From Meiothermus sp. (GTDB lineage Bacteria > Deinococcota > Deinococci > Deinococcales > Thermaceae): a DNA stretch of 38,993 bases. The first letter of the stretch is position 1. Each line of letters opens with the position of its first letter. Position numbers and translations under genes: made by a program. Positions 1 through 8,554 of this stretch are shown here, in pieces. The notes below the pieces were generated by a model. The model was not told where the DNA came from. It saw only the letters and a list, made by a program, of their open reading frames with translations, and searched no databases. The stretch spans positions 1 through 38,993 of the forward strand of contig JANRLD010000118.1 of assembly GCA_033762915.1 (NCBI GenBank). Reading direction: 5' to 3'.

Positions 1-200
1 TGACGCAACTTAGCTGGCAAGAGCGAGGAGGGAAGAGGGAAGAGAAGTTTAGTTGGGTGCGGTCTCGGACTTGATTTCCGCTCTGGGACTGATGGCCCGA
101 AAACCCACCCTTTGGGATCGCAGGTCTTGAGCCGCCAAAGCTAGCTGCCCTGCCGTCTCTCTCCCTTACCCCTTTTTCCCGCCCCTCACCGAAGGAACCC

Positions 201-1091
201 ATGAGCGCAAACGCCGTCACCACCGCGAACAAACCCCGCTCCGAGCGCAGCCCCACCGCCGAAATCCTGCGGCGCTTTCGGCGGCACCGGCTCGCGATGG
301 TGGGGGTGATTATCCTGGGTGTGATCGTCTTCGCTTCGGTTTTCGCGCCCTGGCTCACGCCCTACGAGCCCAACCGCATCAACCTGCGTGATCGCAGCCA
401 GCCGCCCTCGATGGAGCACTGGCTGGGCACCGACCGCACCGGGCGCGACATCCTGACCCGGCTGTTGTATGCGGGGCGGATCAGCCTCGCGGTGGGGGTG
501 GCGGCGGTGGCGATCTCGCTGGTGGTGGGGACCCTGCTGGGGGCCGTGGCGGGACACTTCGGGGGATTGGTGGACAGTGCCATCATGCGGGCGGTGGACG
601 TGGTGATGACTTTCCCCTCGATTATTGTCCTGCTCTCGCTGGCCGCTATCGTGGGTCCGGGTATAGTCCAGACCATCTTAATCGTGGGGCTGCTGGGGTC
701 GCCGATCCCCTGTCGGCTGGTGCGCTCGAGGATGCTCTCGCTGCGCGAACAGGAGTTCGTGACCGCTGCCAGAGGGCTGGGGGCCTCGGACAGCCGGATC
801 ATCCTCAAGCACCTCTTGCCCAACTCCATTGATGTGCTGATCGTCTACGCCACACTGGGCATCGCCAGCGCGATTCTGCTGGAGGCCGGGCTTTCCTTCC
901 TGGGCCTGGGCGTGCAGCCCCCCACCGCGAGTTGGGGCAACATGATCAACGTGGCCCGCAACATCAGCTATCTCGAGGGCTACCCCTGGGAGTGGATGCC
1001 CGCCGGGGTCGCCATCGTGCTCACGGTGCTGGCCATCAACTTCATCGGCGACGGCCTGCGCGACGCCTTCGACCCCCGGAGCAAGCACTGA
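201..1091 (+). CDS. Peptide/nickel ABC transporter permease (DppC/OppC type)
   Basis: HWLGTDRTGRD, EAA loop (EFVTAARGLGAS..RII.KH), GDGLRDAFDP C-terminus; GAAGGA RBS upstream. Confidence 0.93.
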   Translation: MSANAVTTANKPRSERSPTAEILRRFRRHRLAMVGVIILGVIVFASVFAPWLTPYEPNRINLRDRSQPPSMEHWLGTDRTGRDILTRLLYAGRISLAVGVAAVAISLVVGTLLGAVAGHFGGLVDSAIMRAVDVVMTFPSIIVLLSLAAIVGPGIVQTILIVGLLGSPIPCRLVRSRMLSLREQEFVTAARGLGASDSRIILKHLLPNSIDVLIVYATLGIASAILLEAGLSFLGLGVQPPTASWGNMINVARNISYLEGYPWEWMPAGVAIVLTVLAINFIGDGLRDAFDPRSKH

Positions 1092-2020
1092 TGAAGGCAT
1101 TGAGCGCAGCCGAAATTCGCGGCAACTGGGCCACCTTGCTGCTGCCGATCGGGGCGAACGACCGCATCGAGTATGGGCGGCTCGAGGCGGAGATTGACTG
1201 CCTGATCGAAGCGCGGGTGGACGGCATCTACTCCAATGGTTCGGCAGGGGAGTTCTATACCCAGACCGAGGCCGAGTTCGATCGGGTGAACCAGACGCTG
1301 GCTGAGCGCTGCGAGCGGGCCGGGATGCCCTTTCAAATCGGAGCGACCCACACCAGCGCCCAGCTTGCCCTAGAACGCGTCGCTCGAGCCGCCGCCCTGC
1401 GGCCCAGCGCCGTGCAGGTCATCCTGCCTGACTGGTTCCCGCCCAGCAATGAGGAGTCGCTGGAAGCCCTGTCCCGCTATGCCGAGGCCGCTAGCGGAAT
1501 CGGGCTGATTCTATACAACCCACCCCACGCTAAACGGGTGCTGGTAGCGCAGGATTTCCTCGAGTTCCAAGCCTCAATTCCTACCTTGGTCGGCATCAAG
1601 GTGGCGGATGGGGGCGACGACTGGTACGCGGCGATGAAGCCAGTGGCCGATAAGCTCTCGGTTTTTGTACCCGGCCATCATCTGGCGACTGGATTTGGCC
1701 ACGGGGTGGGGACAGGTGCGTACTCCAACGTGGCCTGCCTCAGCCCCAAAGGTGCACAGCGCTGGTGGGCACAGATGCAGACCGATCTACCGGGGGCGCT
1801 CGAGCTGGAATCGCGTATCCGCCGCTTCATGGACGCACACATCCTGCCCTTCAAGCCGCGCCACCAGAACGTGGCGCTGGACAAGTTGTTGGCTGCGGTG
1901 GGCGGGTGGGCGGAGGTAGGGACCAAGGTCCGCTGGCCTTACCGCTCGGTGGATCAGGCCGAGGTGCCCCGGCTGCGGGAGATTGCCCGTCGCGAGCTGC
2001 CCGAGCTGATGGAGGAGTGA
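1091..2020 (+). CDS. Dihydrodipicolinate synthase/class I aldolase family protein
   Basis: TGATG overlap with upstream stop gives start MKALSAAEIRG; GIYSNGSAGEFY, LYNPP and GIKV (Schiff-base Lys) motifs. Confidence 0.88.
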   Translation: MKALSAAEIRGNWATLLLPIGANDRIEYGRLEAEIDCLIEARVDGIYSNGSAGEFYTQTEAEFDRVNQTLAERCERAGMPFQIGATHTSAQLALERVARAAALRPSAVQVILPDWFPPSNEESLEALSRYAEAASGIGLILYNPPHAKRVLVAQDFLEFQASIPTLVGIKVADGGDDWYAAMKPVADKLSVFVPGHHLATGFGHGVGTGAYSNVACLSPKGAQRWWAQMQTDLPGALELESRIRRFMDAHILPFKPRHQNVALDKLLAAVGGWAEVGTKVRWPYRSVDQAEVPRLREIARRELPELMEE

Positions 2021-2091
2021 AGTGAGCGCCGCACGACATCCGAGACGAGGGGCCTGTTCCCACCCGAGGGCCAACATTTAAGGAGCCAGGT

Positions 2092-3303
2092 GTGAAACCA
2101 CAGCAACTGCCCGACCACAACATCCGACTGCTCTCGCGCTTTCAACGCCTCGAGATCGAGACCGCCCGCTTGCTGGGGGGCTGGCTGCCCGGTGTGGTCA
2201 AGTGGGAGGCCAAGCGGGCGGTGGCAGGCCACCTCTGGGAAGACGCGCAGCACTCTAAGGAACTTCGCACGCGGCTGTGGGAGCTGCGCCACCCCGACCC
2301 CGACCGCGACGCCGACGGCTCGCTGGCGGCGCTCTCGAGGGCGGTGCGTTCGCTGGCGGCGGCCCAGCAGGATTTCGAGATGGTCGCGGCGGTGTACCTG
2401 GTGCTTAAGAAGCAATTGGCCGCCGCGTACCGCGCCTACATCCGACGCACCCACCAGGTTCAGGACGCACCCAGCCTACCCGTGCTGCGGCGGCTGGCCC
2501 TCGAGCTGGAGGAGCAAGTCCGCTGGGCCGAGGGGGCGGTGCGCGAGCTGGCCGACACCGGCGACAAGACCAGGGGGGCGCAGCGCTGGATGCAGTATGC
2601 CGAAGACGTGCTGGCGGCTGTGGGCGGGGTGGACGGGCTGGGCGAGGCGGGCCCAGCCGCGACCGTGCCCCCCGGCTATAACCTCCTTCTGCCCTTCCCC
2701 GAGGTCAAGCGCGACAGCCGCTTCCGGGCTACCATAGACGGTGCCCCCCAGCCCGACCCCGCCGACACCCTGGCCACGGTACTGTGGCAGTTCAACAACT
2801 ATGTGCAGGAGATGCAGGCCGCCGAGACCCTGGGCTCCACGCTTTGGGAGGCCGACGGGATGCCCTGGGAGTTCTACTACGACGTCTCGCGCCACTGCTA
2901 CGACGAAGAGCGCCACTCGCTGCTGGGCGAGACCCGCCTGGCCGAGTTAGGCCACCATCCCTCGGACTTCCAGCACATGACCGGCAACTACGCCTGGCGC
3001 CAGATGGTAGACCCCACCCGCCGCTACTGCATCCTGACCGAGGTGATCGAGGCGGGCTCGTTCGCCTACAAGCGCGAGGCCTACCAGAAACACATGGCCG
3101 ACGGCGACCTGGCCTCGGCCCAGGCCTTCCTCTTCGACATCATTGACGAGACCATGCATGTGCGCTGGGGCGGCAAGTGGGTACCCCGGCTGATGGAGCA
3201 CGCTGGAATCAACACCCCCTACCAGGAGTTCGTCCAGGAGTGCCGCGAGATCACCGCCCGAAACTCCTTCAACGCCCTCCAGCGCGCGGCCGCCGCCCGC
3301 TGA
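2092..3303 (+). CDS. Ferritin-like diiron-carboxylate protein (DUF455-like), two helical-bundle domains
   Basis: AAGGAG RBS and GTG start; EDAQH in N-half; QEMQAAE, FYYD...DEERH...RLAELG, IEAG and DETMH in C-half. Confidence 0.78.
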   Translation: MKPQQLPDHNIRLLSRFQRLEIETARLLGGWLPGVVKWEAKRAVAGHLWEDAQHSKELRTRLWELRHPDPDRDADGSLAALSRAVRSLAAAQQDFEMVAAVYLVLKKQLAAAYRAYIRRTHQVQDAPSLPVLRRLALELEEQVRWAEGAVRELADTGDKTRGAQRWMQYAEDVLAAVGGVDGLGEAGPAATVPPGYNLLLPFPEVKRDSRFRATIDGAPQPDPADTLATVLWQFNNYVQEMQAAETLGSTLWEADGMPWEFYYDVSRHCYDEERHSLLGETRLAELGHHPSDFQHMTGNYAWRQMVDPTRRYCILTEVIEAGSFAYKREAYQKHMADGDLASAQAFLFDIIDETMHVRWGGKWVPRLMEHAGINTPYQEFVQECREITARNSFNALQRAAAAR

Positions 3304-3336
3304 CCCTATCCCATGCGCGCCTATCAAGGAGACCCT

Positions 3337-4257
3337 ATGAAGCACTCCGTCGGTCTGATTGCCGCCACCTTCGCCCCATATGCCCCCGACGGGTCGGTGA
3401 ACCTGGCCCTGGTCGAGCCCTATGCCGAGCGCCTGGTCGCCGACCAGGTGCGGGGGGTCTTTGTCAACGGGACCACCGGCGAGTCGGCCTCGCTCACCAC
3501 CGATGAGCGGATGCGCCTGGCGGAACGCTGGTGTGCAGTGGCGGGGGACAGCCTCGAGGTCATCGTCCACGTGGGCCACGCGGGGCTCGAAGAGGCCAGG
3601 GCGATGGCGGCCCACGCCGAGAAGTGTGGCGCTAAGGCCATCTCCGCCCTCAGCCCCTACTTCTTCAAGCCCTCCTCGATGGGCGCGCTGGTGGAGGCGA
3701 TGGGGCGGGTCGCGGCGGCGGCTCCCAACACCCCCTTCTACTACTACCATATCCCGTCCATGACCGGCGCCCACGGCTCGATGGCCCGCTTCCTCGAGAT
3801 GGCCGCCCCGCGCATCCCCACCCTGGCCGGGGTCAAGTACACCTGGGAAGATCTGATGGACTACGCGGCGGCGCTCGAGGTAGACCCCGGTCGCTTCGAG
3901 GTTTTCTTCGGGCGCGACGAGATTTTGCTCTCGGCGCTGGCGTTGGGCGCGTCCTCCGGGGTGGGCAGCACTTACAACCTGTGGCCCTCGACCTATCTGC
4001 GGATGGCCGAGGCCTTCGCGCAGGGCGACCACGCCACTGCCCAGGCCCACCAGCGCACCGCCCGCCGCATCATCCAGGTCGGGCTGAAGTACGGCGGGCT
4101 GCCCGCCTTCAAGGCCATCCTGGCCTGGCGCGGTTTGGACTGTGGTCCGACCCGCTTACCGCTGGGGCCGCTGGCCGCGGGAGACGAGGGAGAGCTGAGG
4201 AAGGAACTCGAGGAGCAAGGCTTGCTCGAGGCCATCAAATCGCCGATAAAGAGGTGA
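3337..4257 (+). CDS. N-acetylneuraminate lyase-like (DHDPS family) aldolase
   Basis: AAGGAG RBS; FVNGTTGE, YYYHIPSMTG, GVKYT, FGRDE and GVGSTYN motifs typical of the NAL/NPL subfamily. Confidence 0.88.
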   Translation: MKHSVGLIAATFAPYAPDGSVNLALVEPYAERLVADQVRGVFVNGTTGESASLTTDERMRLAERWCAVAGDSLEVIVHVGHAGLEEARAMAAHAEKCGAKAISALSPYFFKPSSMGALVEAMGRVAAAAPNTPFYYYHIPSMTGAHGSMARFLEMAAPRIPTLAGVKYTWEDLMDYAAALEVDPGRFEVFFGRDEILLSALALGASSGVGSTYNLWPSTYLRMAEAFAQGDHATAQAHQRTARRIIQVGLKYGGLPAFKAILAWRGLDCGPTRLPLGPLAAGDEGELRKELEEQGLLEAIKSPIKR

Positions 4258-4259
4258 CG

Positions 4260-5207
4260 TTGAAGCGGATCGTGATTGCCGTCGACGGATTTACCTCAGC
4301 ACACCGCGAGCAGATTTTGAACGCTACAGTGGGATGGGGGGAGGCAGTCTTTGCCGAGCAAAACGACCCTGGCCTCGAGGCCTTGGTGCGTAGAGCAGAT
4401 GCAGTGGTGGGCTGGCCAGACCCGGCTTGGCTGGCTGGTGGATCGACCCAGTTGGCGCAAATTTTGAGTGTAGGGGCGGATGCTTACGCTGGAAAGGGTC
4501 TTGCGGTTAAGCCTGACTTCATCCTCTGCAACGCAAGCGGGGTTACGGCGGTGGCCTGCGCCGAACACCTTCTGGCGCTGATGTTCGCTCTAGCCAGACG
4601 GCTAAGCGAGCACGCTCGAGACCAGCCGCAACAGGTTTGGCAGCGCCAAACCCACTACGCTGAGTTATTCGGCTCTACTGCTTGTGTGGTGGGGTTGGGT
4701 CACATCGGTGGGGCGATAGCGGGGCGGCTGCGAGACTTGGGACTGCGGGTCATTGGTGTTAGAAAGAGTGGAGCGCCGCACCCCGAAGTCGAGACCGTAT
4801 ATGCTCTGGAGGACTTGCCTCGAGCGGTGGCTTTGGCCAACCACCTAATCCTAACAGCTCCTTCCGTCCCTGGCGCTCCTCCTCTGGTGACACGTGAACT
4901 ACTGGCTGTGCTGCCACCGGGTGCTTGTCTCTACAACATTGGGCGCGGCAGCCTGGTGGACGAGGCTGCCTTAATCGAGGCGCTCGAGTCGGGCCACCTA
5001 GCGGGCGCAGGGCTCGACGTGTTTGTGCAGGAGCCGCTGCCGTCTACCAGCCCGCTCTGGAGCCTGCCCGGCGTACTTATCACTCCTCACGTGGCGGGTC
5101 GCTCGAGCCGCGAGTATGACCGCCTTTGTGCCCTCACGATAGACAACCTGTGCCGCTGGGGCACGGGCCAACTGCTCTTAAACCTGATCCCGAAAAATCT
5201 ACTCTAA
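4260..5207 (+). CDS. D-2-hydroxyacid dehydrogenase family protein
   Basis: AAGAGG then TTG start; GLGHIG Rossmann motif, NIGRG, LDVFVQEPLP, ITPHVAG. Confidence 0.9.
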   Translation: MKRIVIAVDGFTSAHREQILNATVGWGEAVFAEQNDPGLEALVRRADAVVGWPDPAWLAGGSTQLAQILSVGADAYAGKGLAVKPDFILCNASGVTAVACAEHLLALMFALARRLSEHARDQPQQVWQRQTHYAELFGSTACVVGLGHIGGAIAGRLRDLGLRVIGVRKSGAPHPEVETVYALEDLPRAVALANHLILTAPSVPGAPPLVTRELLAVLPPGACLYNIGRGSLVDEAALIEALESGHLAGAGLDVFVQEPLPSTSPLWSLPGVLITPHVAGRSSREYDRLCALTIDNLCRWGTGQLLLNLIPKNLL

Positions 5208-5212
5208 CCCCT

Positions 5213-6403
5213 ATGCCGAAGATTTCCCGGATTCGTCCCGTCCTGCTCTCCGCCCCTTACGCCACCCCCGGCGACCTCGAGGTGCTACTACATCTGCCCA
5301 GCGGTTATCGAACCACCGGGTTGGTCGAAGTCACCCTCGAGGACGGCACCACAGGGGTGGGCGAGGGTTATCTGGCGGTGTTCGCGCCCAAGGTGTTTGT
5401 TGGCATCGTTGAGCTGATTGCACCCTATTTGCTGGGCAAGGAGGCCCTCGAGGTGGCCGAGCGTTACCGCGAGATGTGCGGGGTCTGCGATTATTGGAGC
5501 TTGCAAGGGGCTGCCCGGCACGTCACCAGCGCCCTCGAGATGGCGCTCTGGGATGCTGCCGGCAAACATTTGGGCTTGCCCGTATATGCGCTGCTCGGGC
5601 GCACGCAGGCTCAGCCGGTACAGCTCTATGGCTCGGGTGGCGATGCCACCCACCCCCTAGCCATGAGGGCCGAACTCGAGCGTTTGCAAGCTTGGGGTAT
5701 CGGCCTGTTCAAGATTCGGGCCAGGGCGCACCAGGTTGCCAAGACGGTCTGGACCATGAGGGCGGCAGAGCCATTTGGCCTCGAGGTCGCAGTGGATATG
5801 ACCCAGAACCTTGCCAACCCGGCCCAACCGCTCCAAAAGGTGCTGGGTTACCTGGAGGCAGTCGAGGCCGCCACGGGCCGCAAACCGTACTTCCTCGAGG
5901 AGTCTCTGGGGCCATTCGACAGCGAAAGTTTGCCTCGGTTGCGCCAGCAGGGCGGCGTGAGGGTAGCGGGGGGCGAGACGGTCACCACCGCCGCCGAGCT
6001 GTGCCTGCGGGTCGGGCAAGGCTGCTACGACTGGGTGCAGCCCGACGCGAGCGTGGTAGGCGGGCTGGGACAAACCCTCGAGGTCTTCGAGGCGGCGCGT
6101 CAGCACGGGGCCGAGTGTGTGGTGCATTCGTGGGGCGGCGGTGTTTCGCTGATGGCCAACTACCACGCGGCTTTCGCAGGCGGGGCGACCTGGGCCGAGT
6201 GGCCGATGAAGCCGTACGCGCTGCGCGACGAGCTTCTGGCGGGGCCGCTCGAGATCCGCGCGGGAAACCTTCGGCCCCCCGTCCAGCCCGGCCTGGGTGT
6301 GCGGCTCAGCCCTGGGCTCGAGGCCCGCTACCCCTTTCGCGAGGACGCCGTATATGCCTGCTTGGTGCGGCCGCCCGCGCTGGACGAGGGCGTGTGGGGC
6401 TGA
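5213..6403 (+). CDS. Mandelate racemase/muconate lactonizing enzyme (enolase superfamily), probable sugar-acid dehydratase
   Basis: ALEMALWDAAGK...PVYALLG capping domain; metal ligands in VDM, LEE, GGE; QPD and VHSW; PGLGV; ATG at 5213. Confidence 0.88.
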   Translation: MPKISRIRPVLLSAPYATPGDLEVLLHLPSGYRTTGLVEVTLEDGTTGVGEGYLAVFAPKVFVGIVELIAPYLLGKEALEVAERYREMCGVCDYWSLQGAARHVTSALEMALWDAAGKHLGLPVYALLGRTQAQPVQLYGSGGDATHPLAMRAELERLQAWGIGLFKIRARAHQVAKTVWTMRAAEPFGLEVAVDMTQNLANPAQPLQKVLGYLEAVEAATGRKPYFLEESLGPFDSESLPRLRQQGGVRVAGGETVTTAAELCLRVGQGCYDWVQPDASVVGGLGQTLEVFEAARQHGAECVVHSWGGGVSLMANYHAAFAGGATWAEWPMKPYALRDELLAGPLEIRAGNLRPPVQPGLGVRLSPGLEARYPFREDAVYACLVRPPALDEGVWG

Positions 6404-6409
6404 GGCGGG

Positions 6410-8305
6410 TCAGCGTCCGTTTAGCGCCAGCGCCCGCATCTCACCCGCCGCACGGCCCGTCACTGCCGTGAAGGCCGCCTCCAGCAGCTCGTCCCGCCCT
6501 GCTGCCACCCCCGCCAAGGTGCGCTCGACCGCGACATCGGGCTTGATCCCCACCGCGAACATGGGCGAGCCGTCGAAGTTGGTGACCTTGAGCCCGGTCC
6601 AGCGGGTGATGTAGCGGCCCGGCAGGATCAGGTTGACCACGTTGCCGTTGGCCCCGGCCGAGGGGAGGCCTACCAGCCGGCCCAGCCGGTGGCCCTGCAC
6701 CATGCCCAGCACCGACTCGGAGAAGCTGATGGTGCCGTTGGCGTTGGCGATCACCGCCACCTTGGCGGTCAGGAGGGGGCGCTGGGGCTGCACCCAGACG
6801 TTGCGCAGGCTCAGGTAGCGGATGTCCTGGTGGTCGGGGCGGGTGACGATGGGTATGGCGATCGGCGGCCCCTCGAGCGGCCGCTCGGTCAGGTGGGCCA
6901 GCACCCGCAGCGCCGCGTCCCCCACGTAGCCGCGCACATCCAGCACCAGCCCGGAGGCGGTGGATAGGGCGGGCAGGGCGGCCTCGAACTGGGCTACTTC
7001 GAGTCGGGTGAGGTCGAGGTACATCACGCCGGGGGCGAGCTGGGCCACCGCCGGGGGGCGCGGCTCGCGCTCGTGCGGGGGCAGCGAGCGTTCCTTGGCG
7101 AAGGAGCGGGGTACCTCAAGCCGCAGGCGCTGGCCGCCGCGTTCCGCCTCGACCGCCAGCGTGCTCCCCGGCCCGCCGCCGCTGAGCAAGGCCAGACCAA
7201 GGTAGCGGCGGTACGGCTCTGATCCGGAAATCCGCCCGGCGCTGGCGGCCAGGGTCTCGAGGGCGGGTCGCCCGTCCAGGCCAGTGACCACGTCGCCCAC
7301 CCGCAGGCCCCGGAAGTCGGGATCGAGGACGGTGGTGACCACCAGCCGCCCCTCTACCAGATCCATCGTGAAGGGTACTGTGTGCGACCCGTAGCCGCTC
7401 CTCCCGCTGCGCTCGATGAAGTTGTGCCCGTCGCGCAGCCCGGCGGCCATGCGCTGTAGCACGGCGGTGAAGGCGGGCTCGTTCGCGGCGACGGCGGCTT
7501 GTCTCAGGGCTTCGGGCAGCGCCGCCGCCCAGGCCGCCTCGGCCTCGGGCACCTGATCCCAGTAGGCGAAAAGGTGCTGGTAGGCATTCCACGCGACTGC
7601 CACCAAGGCCAGCCGATTGGCACGGTTGCGGACCGAGTCGGGGCTGCTGGCCACGGCCTGGGGGGGGAGCTGGGTGCGGGGGGGGATCGGGATGCGGGGC
7701 AGGGTGGCGGTCTGGGTGGCGTAGACCGCCAGCGGGACGGCCGCCGAGACCCCGCCCCCCAGCTCGGCCAGGTAGGGTTGGGCGGGGTCGGGCAGGGGCA
7801 ATGTTTGGGGCTGGGGAAAGCGCAACAGCCCCGCATTGGCGTACTCGAAGCTGCGCGGAAGCTGCCGGTTCTGCACCGGTACGCTGATCCGGTCAGCCCG
7901 CCGCAGCAGCAGTGTGTCGCTCTCGCCCAGGATGGTGCGGGCCAGGGTGGTCACGTAGAGCGGCTGCACTCCCACCGGCACGGCGGGCGGTGGGGCGGCG
8001 ACGGGCTCCGCAGTCGAAAAGACCCGCAGGGTGGGGGCATAGGGCAGGAAGAGCTGCTCGAGCCGACCCGCCAGCTCGCGGGCGTTCCGGGCCCCCTCAA
8101 CCGACTCGACCTTCGCCACCGCAAAGCTCTCCCAGTCGGTGGTGTAGGCAGCGTCGCTGGGGTGGAAGTAGCGGACGTACCCCAGCAGACGGCTAAAGGC
8201 CGTCACGTTCTCCAGGGCGCGGCCCTCGAGGGGCCGAACGTCGCTAAAGGGCTGCGCCCAGGCGAAGGCCAGAGTGCCCCAAAGGGCCAGGACAAAACGT
8301 TGCAC
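6410..8305 (-). CDS. Secreted S41 family peptidase with PDZ-like domain
   Basis: Signal peptide; GYVRYFHPSD; LRDGH; GLRVGDVV (PDZ); LVLDVRGY, TISFSES, SAGANG, GIKPD; GGAGG RBS. Confidence 0.87.
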   Translation of the reverse strand: MQRFVLALWGTLAFAWAQPFSDVRPLEGRALENVTAFSRLLGYVRYFHPSDAAYTTDWESFAVAKVESVEGARNARELAGRLEQLFLPYAPTLRVFSTAEPVAAPPPAVPVGVQPLYVTTLARTILGESDTLLLRRADRISVPVQNRQLPRSFEYANAGLLRFPQPQTLPLPDPAQPYLAELGGGVSAAVPLAVYATQTATLPRIPIPPRTQLPPQAVASSPDSVRNRANRLALVAVAWNAYQHLFAYWDQVPEAEAAWAAALPEALRQAAVAANEPAFTAVLQRMAAGLRDGHNFIERSGRSGYGSHTVPFTMDLVEGRLVVTTVLDPDFRGLRVGDVVTGLDGRPALETLAASAGRISGSEPYRRYLGLALLSGGGPGSTLAVEAERGGQRLRLEVPRSFAKERSLPPHEREPRPPAVAQLAPGVMYLDLTRLEVAQFEAALPALSTASGLVLDVRGYVGDAALRVLAHLTERPLEGPPIAIPIVTRPDHQDIRYLSLRNVWVQPQRPLLTAKVAVIANANGTISFSESVLGMVQGHRLGRLVGLPSAGANGNVVNLILPGRYITRWTGLKVTNFDGSPMFAVGIKPDVAVERTLAGVAAGRDELLEAAFTAVTGRAAGEMRALALNGR

Positions 8306-8405
8306 CGCCTACCTCCAGGCCCCGACTCTAGCACCCCCGCCCCTGCCCGACCTTAGCGTGGCCTGGAAAACCTACCATCCGACCCGCCGAGCCCCAGCCC
8401 CATCA

Positions 8406-8427
8406 GCCTCCGACTCGAGTCGGAGGC
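8406..8427. repeat. Perfect 22-bp palindrome GCCTCCGACTCGAGTCGGAGGC
   Basis: Self-complementary, centred on CTCGAG, in the gntR-S41 intergenic region. Confidence 0.8.
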
Positions 8428-8460
8428 GGTGTGAGGTTCGCACGGAAATCCAAGCAAAGC

Positions 8461-8499
8461 GCCAAAATCGCAGTCTCCCTGACGGACTGCGATTTTGGC
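8461..8499 (-). terminator. Strong hairpin (15-bp stem), probable terminator of the tautomerase-gntR unit
   Basis: GCCAAAATCGCAGTC-N9-GACTGCGATTTTGGC, ~55 nt downstream of the gntR stop. Confidence 0.6.
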
Positions 8500-8554
8500 C
8501 TGGCCGCGCCGAAGGTATACCTGCTGGCCCTTCCGGCACACCCAATCTGGCAGC

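Noticed and set aside
932..1090. N-terminal extensions in the ORF track (932, 3981, 5126, 9944, 20611, 29334)
   Set aside because: They overlap neighbouring genes or promoters. RBS position, leaderless -10 boxes and family homology support the shorter starts used here.
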